Below are positions 57,896 to 64,000 of a stretch of 64,000 nucleotides of DNA, one piece after another. The position numbers and the translations under genes are program-made. The notes beneath the pieces are model-generated. The model was given only the letters and a program-made list of their open reading frames with translations, had not been told where the DNA came from and searched no databases. Origin of the DNA: Gemmatimonadota bacterium (GTDB lineage: Bacteria; Gemmatimonadota; Gemmatimonadetes; Palauibacterales; Palauibacteraceae). Position 1 is the stretch's first letter. Every line of letters starts with the position of its first letter. The stretch is taken from assembly GCA_046757485.1 (NCBI GenBank), contig JBHHYJ010000004.1, positions 5,225-69,224 of the forward strand, in the 5' to 3' direction.

Positions 57896-59432
57896 CGTCC
57901 GGCCTCCACCCCGGGGTGCCGAGATTCCGGGTCCCGGCCCGGGTGATGAGCACCGCCCCGAAGCCGGTCGTGCAGGCCACCCACGTCGCCGTGCACCCGA
58001 CGATTACGGCCAGGTGGCGGAGAAAGCCCCCGGGCCCCCCGAGCAGCCACATGGAGGACTCCACCGCGAACGGCAGGATCAGCAGGACCAGGCCGCTGAT
58101 CACGTAGTAGTAGGCGTTCGACCGCCGGAGGCGCTCGAGCCACTCGTACTGGTACCGTCGGGCCGCGAACGCCTCGCCCACCGCGTGAGCGGAGGCGAGA
58201 TAGCCGCCCACCAGGGCGAGCGCCACGGCGAGGAGGAAGAACGGAATGACCAGCCAGGTGATCACCAGAATCCCCAGAATCAGGAGCACGGGGAAGAAGA
58301 GGACCTGGCCGGCCAGCCCGACCGCGAAGGATCGCCCGAAGCTGTACCGGGCCGCGTCGGCGACGACCTCGAGCTGGGGCCGGGCGAAGTACACCGTGGC
58401 CAGCCCGATCAACCCGAGCACGAGGAAGATCCCGATCGTGCCCATCAGGCCGCTCATCGCGTGGCCGAAGTTGTGCGTGGCACTGCCCACGAAGCCGCGA
58501 TTCCGGTGACCGATCCGCACCACGCGGCGCGGCGCGACGCTCCGAACCCGTACCCGGGGCCTCACCGTGGCGGGGGGCGCGGCCTCCGCCTCCGCGGCTC
58601 GAAGGGAGAGGAGCTCGCCCGCGATGTGGCCCCCCTCCTCCGCGACCTCGCCGCCCACCTGGAGCACGTTGCCCGTCACCCGGGCCGCCGGCTCCAGGAC
58701 GAGGGTTCCGTCCAGCACCAGCACGTCCCCCTCCACGGTGCCGCCCAGCTGCAGGCTGCCGCCGACGAGGGCCAGGTTCCCGGAGATCGTGCGGCCGGCG
58801 GGGATCGCGTAATCGTCGTGCACGATGAGCGCCAGATGATCCGTGGCCTCCGCTGCGGCCTTCCCGAGCTCCTCGAGGGAGGACTGCAGGCCGGAGAGCT
58901 TCTCCGTCAACGTCTCGAAGGAGAGGAATCCGGGGGCGATGGACAGCTGCGTGCCTCCGGGTCCGGTCACGGTCACCGTCTCGCTCCGCGTGGCCGGTGT
59001 CTCCACCGCGGCCACCCCCAGGAGCACGCCGAACTCCCGCTCCAGTCGGAGTGCCGCCTCTCGCTCGCCTCCGGCCAACCCTTCGGGCTTCCACTCCAGG
59101 AGCAAGCTCGCCACCTCGCGTGGCTCGCTGGCGGCCAGGTGGCTCAGGAGTTCCCGCCAGTTCGTCTCCAGGGTCCCTCCGGGCTCGTACCTTCCGACCG
59201 CGCGACCGTCGAGGCGAACCTCGCCGTTGCGAAAGGAGATGACGTGGTCGCCACCGTCGATGAGCTGGAGCTCCAGCTCCGCCCGCCCCCCGGCGCGCGA
59301 GGAAATGGAGACCGAGCTCAGGTCGATCCGGCTCTCCCGGTCCTGGCTCGCCCCCGTGCCGGGGAGCGCCAGAAGAAACACCAGGAGGATCGACCCCATC
59401 TGCCGCCATGCATCGCTTCCGTTTCTCTTCAT
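57843..59432 (-). CDS. Signal-peptide protein with bactofilin-like beta-helix repeats and a multi-TM C-terminal domain
   Basis: ISGNLALVGG..LGGTVEGDVLVLDG..VTGNVLQVGG; about 6 TM helices ending GFGAVLITRAG. Confidence 0.7.
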   Translation of the reverse strand: MKRNGSDAWRQMGSILLVFLLALPGTGASQDRESRIDLSSVSISSRAGGRAELELQLIDGGDHVISFRNGEVRLDGRAVGRYEPGGTLETNWRELLSHLAASEPREVASLLLEWKPEGLAGGEREAALRLEREFGVLLGVAAVETPATRSETVTVTGPGGTQLSIAPGFLSFETLTEKLSGLQSSLEELGKAAAEATDHLALIVHDDYAIPAGRTISGNLALVGGSLQLGGTVEGDVLVLDGTLVLEPAARVTGNVLQVGGEVAEEGGHIAGELLSLRAAEAEAAPPATVRPRVRVRSVAPRRVVRIGHRNRGFVGSATHNFGHAMSGLMGTIGIFLVLGLIGLATVYFARPQLEVVADAARYSFGRSFAVGLAGQVLFFPVLLILGILVITWLVIPFFLLAVALALVGGYLASAHAVGEAFAARRYQYEWLERLRRSNAYYYVISGLVLLILPFAVESSMWLLGGPGGFLRHLAVIVGCTATWVACTTGFGAVLITRAGTRNLGTPGWRPDDDTWPESGGTEEASTVG

Positions 59433-59449
59433 CTCCGATTCACCCGAGG

Positions 59450-60049
59450 TTACCTCTCAACGGCCCGCGAGAGCCGGGGAGTATGAGGCTCCATCAGCCG
59501 CTTCATCGCCCACAGGGATCCGGCACCGATGAGGCTCAAGAGCGCCATCCCGCCCGCTGCCTCCGAGGGCGCCACGTTCTCCGCCAGGGAGCGGAGGAGC
59601 TCCAAGATCCCCAGATCGTACAGCACGCGCCCGCCCGCCATCGTGATTCGGAGACCCAGATCCTGAAGGCCCGAGAACAGGAAGCCGGACAGCTCCGACG
59701 GGGTCAGCTCCTGTTGCCCGAAGAGCCAGTACGCCATCCCGCCCACGCTGCCCGTAGCCGTGGCGAGCCCGGCCCCGATCGCCACCCACCGCCGGCGGAC
59801 GGCGCTCCAGGCCCTCTGATGCCAGGGAACCGGCAGGGTCACGCGCGCGATCACCCTGCGGGTGAAGGCGGGCGAGGGATCCAGGTGCGGAAGCTTCCGA
59901 AGGTGGGTGTGGAGGGTCTCGAGGGCGGCTACCTCACCGCGACAGGCCGAGCAGAGGCGCAGGTGCGCCCCGAGCGCCGCCGGGAGCTCCGTGCCGGGCT
60001 CTCCGGTCGCGCACCGCTCGATCTGGTCCGGATTCAGATGCTCCTTCAA
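59450..60049 (-). CDS. zf-HC2 (ZAS) anti-sigma factor, RsiW-like
   Basis: HL...HLRLCSAC, PSPAFTRRVIA and two TM helices; TTG 60049 after GAGGTGGAG (alternative GTG 60103). Confidence 0.8.
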   Translation of the reverse strand: MKEHLNPDQIERCATGEPGTELPAALGAHLRLCSACRGEVAALETLHTHLRKLPHLDPSPAFTRRVIARVTLPVPWHQRAWSAVRRRWVAIGAGLATATGSVGGMAYWLFGQQELTPSELSGFLFSGLQDLGLRITMAGGRVLYDLGILELLRSLAENVAPSEAAGGMALLSLIGAGSLWAMKRLMEPHTPRLSRAVER

Positions 60050-60113
60050 CTCTCCACCTCTCTGGGCCGGTTCGTGGGCCGTGCCTTGCCCCGTCTCACC
60101 CACCGCTTTCTCC

Positions 60114-60140
60114 TACGGAGCCTCCCGGGCCCGGGTTTCA
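60114..60140 (-). promoter_or_regulatory. SigW-type ECF promoter upstream of the anti-sigma gene
   Basis: Minus-strand TGAAAC (60140-135), 17-bp spacer, CGTA (60117-114); B. subtilis SigW consensus is TGAAAC-N16-CGTA. Confidence 0.6.
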
Positions 60141-60191
60141 CGCCCCGTGCCCCGTGTGACGGTGCGTCGCCGATGCGAGGAGCCACCGCCG

Positions 60192-60785
60192 TCAGTCCTC
60201 TCGCAGGTGAGCCAGAGAACCCTGTAGCTCCAGTCGGGCGCGATGGATGTACGTCTTCACCGTGCCCAGCGGGATTCCCATGATCCGGGCGATCTCTTCG
60301 TAGGCATGCCCCTCCACGTGGCGCAGGACGATCGCCATCCTGTACTCCGGGCGTAGCTCGGAGATGGCTGCCTCGATCTCGCCGCCCAGCTCCCTCGCCT
60401 CCGCCAGCTCGTCGGGGCGTTCATGGGGCGACTCGAGGGCGACGGAGGTGGCCGCCTGCGCCTCCGCGGTCACGGCGTCGGGAGCGCCATGGATCGACAC
60501 GGTGTCGATCTCGCGCTTCCGGATGTGATCCACCGTCAGGTTGTACGCGATCTTGAAGAGCCACGACGAGAACTTGTAGGAGGGATCGTACCGATTCAGG
60601 TTGTTCAGGGTGCGCACGAACGCCTCCTGCGCGAGGTCTTCGGCGAGCTCCCGGTCGCGCACCATCCGATAGATGAGAGAGAAGACAGGACGCTGAAACC
60701 GAGTGACGACCTCCCAGGCCGCGCGTTCGTCGCCGCCCTTGCACAGGAGCACGAGCTCCTGGTCGCTGCTCGCCGAATAGTCCAC
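60192..60785 (-). CDS. ECF sigma-70 factor (SigW/RpoE-like)
   Basis: AEDLAQEAF, KFSSWLFKIAYN and YEEIA...GTVKTYIHRAR; start uncertain (GTG 60785). Confidence 0.93.
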   Translation of the reverse strand: MDYSASSDQELVLLCKGGDERAAWEVVTRFQRPVFSLIYRMVRDRELAEDLAQEAFVRTLNNLNRYDPSYKFSSWLFKIAYNLTVDHIRKREIDTVSIHGAPDAVTAEAQAATSVALESPHERPDELAEARELGGEIEAAISELRPEYRMAIVLRHVEGHAYEEIARIMGIPLGTVKTYIHRARLELQGSLAHLRED

Positions 60786-60795
60786 GGGCTCATCA

Positions 60796-60824
60796 TTTAC
60801 AGGTCGCTGAGAGATCCCAGGGGG
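60796..60824 (-). repeat. Dispersed 29-bp repeat family, copy G
   Basis: Minus strand CCCCCTGGGATCTCTCAGCGACCTGTAAA; closest to copy E. Confidence 0.5.
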
Positions 60825-60981
60825 TCCCGAAGGACGCGACCTATCAAGGGTACCGTCGGCCGCGAGCACGGCAGAATCGGGATCCGCCCTCTGGTCCCCG
60901 GGCGCCGGCGGCGGGGAGTCATGGCGTCCAACCCGGCCGAGTACGGAGCCGCCGGAGGCCGGAGAGGAGGATAGCCGAAGG

Positions 60982-61527
60982 GTGAACGGGGAACAATCGA
61001 GTCGGGACGCGCTCCGCCACGGCTCCTGCACGGTGGGCGTGATCAGCGACACTCACGGCTGGCTGCGGGCGGAGGCCGTGGAGCTCCTGCGCGGCGTGGA
61101 TCGGATCCTGCATGCCGGAGACGTGGGAGATCTCGCCATTCTCGCCGAGCTGGAGTCGCTGGCGCCGGTCACGGCCGTGTGGGGCAACATGGACGACGCG
61201 GAGATCCGCCAACGAACGGCGGAGGTGGCGGAGGGGGACCTGCACGGGCTGTCGTTCGCGATGATCCACGGCCACCAGATCCTGCCGCCGTACGACCGGC
61301 TCGAGGGGCGGTTTCCGACCGCCCGCCTGGTCGTCTTCGGTCACTCTCACCTGCCCTTCCGACGGGCCGTCGGCGACGTGCTGCTGGTGAATCCGGGGAG
61401 CGCGGGTCCCCGCCGACCGGGAAAGCCCGTCTCCCTCGCGATGCTGAGGATCTTCGACCGAGGGTCGATCGAGCTTCGGCATCTCGATCTGGTGAGCGGC
61501 CGAGAGCTCCGGGTGCCGGGCGCCTGA
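60982..61527 (+). CDS. Metallophosphoesterase (YfcE/MJ0936 family)
   Basis: ISDTHG, HAGDVG, GNMD, HGH, GHSH and NPGS. Confidence 0.92.
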   Translation: MNGEQSSRDALRHGSCTVGVISDTHGWLRAEAVELLRGVDRILHAGDVGDLAILAELESLAPVTAVWGNMDDAEIRQRTAEVAEGDLHGLSFAMIHGHQILPPYDRLEGRFPTARLVVFGHSHLPFRRAVGDVLLVNPGSAGPRRPGKPVSLAMLRIFDRGSIELRHLDLVSGRELRVPGA

Positions 61528-61592
61528 AGCGCCCGGCCCACCGGCCGTCGGCCCGGCCGCCGCGCGGCAACCGCGTGTACCCCCGCCGCCGC

Positions 61593-62420
61593 TCACCGCT
61601 GGCAGCCGGGGCAGAAAAAGGTGCTGCGTCCCGCCTGCACGATGCGCCGGATCGCCTCCCCACACCGAGCGCAGTCCGCTCCCGGCCGCCCGTAGACCCG
61701 CAACAGCTCCCGGAAGGCGCCGGAGCGACCGTTCACGGCCCGATAGTTCCGAAACGTGGTCCCGGCCAGGGCCACGGCCTCCCGGAGGACGGTTCGCAGG
61801 GCGACGTGCAGGCGTCGCACCTCGGGACGGGTCAGGGAGGCCGCGGCACGTCGGGGATCGATCGCGGCCCGATGCAGCGCCTCGCTCGCGTAGATGTTCC
61901 CCACGCCGGCCAGCCTGTGCTGGTCCAACAGGAGGTTTTTCACCGGCGCCCGACGCCCGGCCAGGATCCGCCCCAACCGGGCGGCCGTGAACTCGGCGGA
62001 GAGAGGCTCCGGGCCGATGCGTTCCTCGAGCCCTGCCCACTCGTCGGCGGTCAGAAGCCGCAGCCCGCCCAGGCGTCGCACGTCGTCGTAGAAGAGCGTG
62101 CGTCCGTCGTCCAGCTCCAGCTCCGCGGCGATGTGACGGAACTCGTCGGGGTCGGGGCGGTGGTGGCCGAGGGCGAAGCGTCCGGTCATGCGGAGCTGCA
62201 CCTGGAGCACGTCACCGGTCCGGAACCGCAGGAGCAGGTACTTGCCGCGCCGCTCCACGGCCTGCACTCGCTTCCCCCGCAGGCGCCGCCGCAGCCCCGC
62301 GGGGGAGAGGGGGCCGAGGACGATGTCGGGTTTCCGCACGCGCAGCTCCTCCACGCGGCGTCCGAGCAGCTCCGGTGCCAGCTCACGCCGGATCGTCTCT
62401 ACCTCCGGCAGCTCCGGCAC
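61593..62420 (-). CDS. mutM: Formamidopyrimidine-DNA glycosylase
   Basis: N-terminal PELPEVE, RRGKY, GVGNIYASE and zinc finger CARC...CPGCQ. Confidence 0.95.
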   Translation of the reverse strand: MPELPEVETIRRELAPELLGRRVEELRVRKPDIVLGPLSPAGLRRRLRGKRVQAVERRGKYLLLRFRTGDVLQVQLRMTGRFALGHHRPDPDEFRHIAAELELDDGRTLFYDDVRRLGGLRLLTADEWAGLEERIGPEPLSAEFTAARLGRILAGRRAPVKNLLLDQHRLAGVGNIYASEALHRAAIDPRRAAASLTRPEVRRLHVALRTVLREAVALAGTTFRNYRAVNGRSGAFRELLRVYGRPGADCARCGEAIRRIVQAGRSTFFCPGCQR

Positions 62421-62430
62421 CTCCGGCACC

Positions 62431-63777
62431 TCAGCGCGAGGCGAGAGGGGAGGGGGAGGCTTCCCCGCTGCCGCCCGACCGGGAGCCGAGCTCGTGCCAC
62501 CCGATGTCGCCGCGCCACTGCTTGCCCTCGAAGTCGATCGCCTCGGCCGCTTCCCGGCTCCGAGCGGCCGCCTCCCCGAGGTCCTGTCCCAACCCGGTCG
62601 CCCCCAGAACCCTTCCGCCCGCCGTCACGAGCCTACCGTCCCGGACCGCCGTGCCGGCGTGGTAGAGGCGGATCGCTTCCTCCTCTCTCAGGTGCTCGGG
62701 AATGTGTATCTCCTTGCCCTTCTCGTAGCTGCCCGGGTAGCCGCGGCTGGCCAGCACCCGGATCATGGCGGCGCCGGGCTCCGCCTCCGGCCGCCAGTCG
62801 CCCAGCCGCCCTCCCCGGCCCACCTCCAGCATCGGTTCCACCAGGCTCGAGCGGGTGAGGGGTAGGACGACCTGCGCCTCCGGATCGCCCAGGCGGCAGT
62901 TGAACTCGATCACCTGCGGCCCGTCATCGGTGAGCATGAGCCCCACGTACAGGAAGCCGCGGTACGGCGTCCCCCGCTCCGCCAGGGCGGCCAGCACCGG
63001 TTGGGCGATCGTCCGGCGCACCTCCTCGACCAGAGTCCCTCGAGCGGCCTCGCGCCCGCCCGCCTCCGAGGGGCCCGCGGGCGCGTAGGCTCCCATCCCT
63101 CCCGTGTTCGGCCCGCGGTCTCCCTCGCCGATCCGCTTGTAGTCCCGGGAGGGCAGGAGCGGAGCCGCCGTCTCGCCGTCGGTGAAGAAGAAGACCGACA
63201 GCTCCTCGCCGACGAGGCACTCTTCGATCACCACCTCCTTGCCTGCCTCCCCGAAGCGGGCCTCCACCATCATCTGCCGGACGGCCACCTTCGCCGCCTC
63301 TCGGGACTGACACACCACGGCTCCTTTGCCCCCCGCCAGCCCCGAAGCCTTGACGACGATCGGCGGGTCGCGTGCCTCCACGTACGCCCGGGCCCGATCG
63401 GGATCGGAAAACAGCTCGAACGCGGCCGTTGGGACGCCGTTCTCGCGCATGAGGCGCTTGGCGAACGCCTTCGACGCCTCGAGTCGGGCGGCGGCCCCGG
63501 ACGGTCCGAAGAGGGGAAGGCCACGGGAGTGGAACAGGTCCGCGATGCCGGCGGCGAGCGGCGCCTCCGGTCCCACCACGGTGAGGTCCACTTCCTCCGA
63601 GTCGGCGAAGTCAGCCAGGGCCTCCAGGCCCTCCGCCGGAAGCGGGACGGTGCGGGCCAGCTCGCCGATGCCGGGGTTGCCCGGGGCGGCGAACAGCGAG
63701 GCGTGCGGCGCGTCGCGGCGCAGCTTGGCGGCGAGAGCGTGCTCCCGTCCGCCGCTTCCCAGCAAGAGAAGCTTCAC
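62431..63777 (-). CDS. purD: Phosphoribosylamine--glycine ligase
   Basis: GSGGREHAL, VVGPE, LEASKAFAK, GPNTGGMG, EFNCRLGDPE and GGRV. Confidence 0.97.
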   Translation of the reverse strand: MKLLLLGSGGREHALAAKLRRDAPHASLFAAPGNPGIGELARTVPLPAEGLEALADFADSEEVDLTVVGPEAPLAAGIADLFHSRGLPLFGPSGAAARLEASKAFAKRLMRENGVPTAAFELFSDPDRARAYVEARDPPIVVKASGLAGGKGAVVCQSREAAKVAVRQMMVEARFGEAGKEVVIEECLVGEELSVFFFTDGETAAPLLPSRDYKRIGEGDRGPNTGGMGAYAPAGPSEAGGREAARGTLVEEVRRTIAQPVLAALAERGTPYRGFLYVGLMLTDDGPQVIEFNCRLGDPEAQVVLPLTRSSLVEPMLEVGRGGRLGDWRPEAEPGAAMIRVLASRGYPGSYEKGKEIHIPEHLREEEAIRLYHAGTAVRDGRLVTAGGRVLGATGLGQDLGEAAARSREAAEAIDFEGKQWRGDIGWHELGSRSGGSGEASPSPLASR

Positions 63778-63856
63778 TCCGGCCTCGGGGCCGCCGTCGG
63801 CGGACCGTCGGCCGGGGGACCGGGGCGCCGTCCGGCCCGACCTGCCTCGGCCCGGA

Positions 63857-64000
63857 TCAGTGCGGGGACTTGCTCTTCCAAACCTCGGTGATCTTGTCCT
63901 TCAGGCGGTCCACCGCCGCATCCACTTCTTCGAGGATCTCCCGGGCCGTCTCCTTGTAGCCGGAAGCCGCTTCCGCCAGATCCTCCCGGTAGGGACGCGT
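63857..64000 (-). CDS. C-terminal fragment of an upstream gene (unidentified)
   Basis: Open frame ...RPYREDLAEAASGYKETAREILEEVDAAVDRLKDKITEVWKSKSPH* with GC3-rich codons. Confidence 0.55.
   Translation of the reverse strand, partial: TRPYREDLAEAASGYKETAREILEEVDAAVDRLKDKITEVWKSKSPH

Noticed and set aside
62418-62429. Duplicated mutM start (GTG CCG GAG twice)
   Set aside because: A 9-bp micro-duplication; the canonical PELPEV N-terminus indicates the start at 62420, with no evidence of a function
1-64000. tRNA, rRNA, prophage, integrase, transposase or recognisable defence island
   Set aside because: No such motifs were recognised by eye; composition is uniform and gene content is housekeeping

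Overview
A very GC-rich (about 70% or more by eye) bacterial core-chromosome segment with about 60 CDSs. Gene content and order suggest Gemmatimonadota, but this is an inference. I saw no rRNA, tRNA, CRISPR array, transposase, integrase or prophage. It carries housekeeping genes (trxB, A-type Fe-S carrier, coaE, nrnA-like, speB, ccdA, ggt, nth, nrdJ, rpsU, csp, pyk, lepA, nifU/mrp, mutM, purD), a peptidoglycan-recycling cluster (anmK-nagZ-SSS transporter-amidase), two ECF sigma/zinc anti-sigma pairs and a PAS-GGDEF-EAL protein. The most notable unexplained signals are: (1) a second tandem NrdR-box pair with phased DnaA-box-like 9-mers, built like the nrdJ promoter but preceding a 64-aa orphan ORF; (2) a STAS-HATPase kinase plus STAS-like/wHTH partner pair in the lepA-ROK-PfkB operon; (3) a CoaE-PHP phosphoesterase fusion; (4) a dispersed 29-bp repeat ending in (C)TAG, present in 7 copies, two of which bracket the DUF62 gene; (5) a SigW-type promoter between an ECF gene and its anti-sigma/bactofilin-like operon. 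All product calls come from motif recognition by eye with no database search, and several start codons are best guesses.
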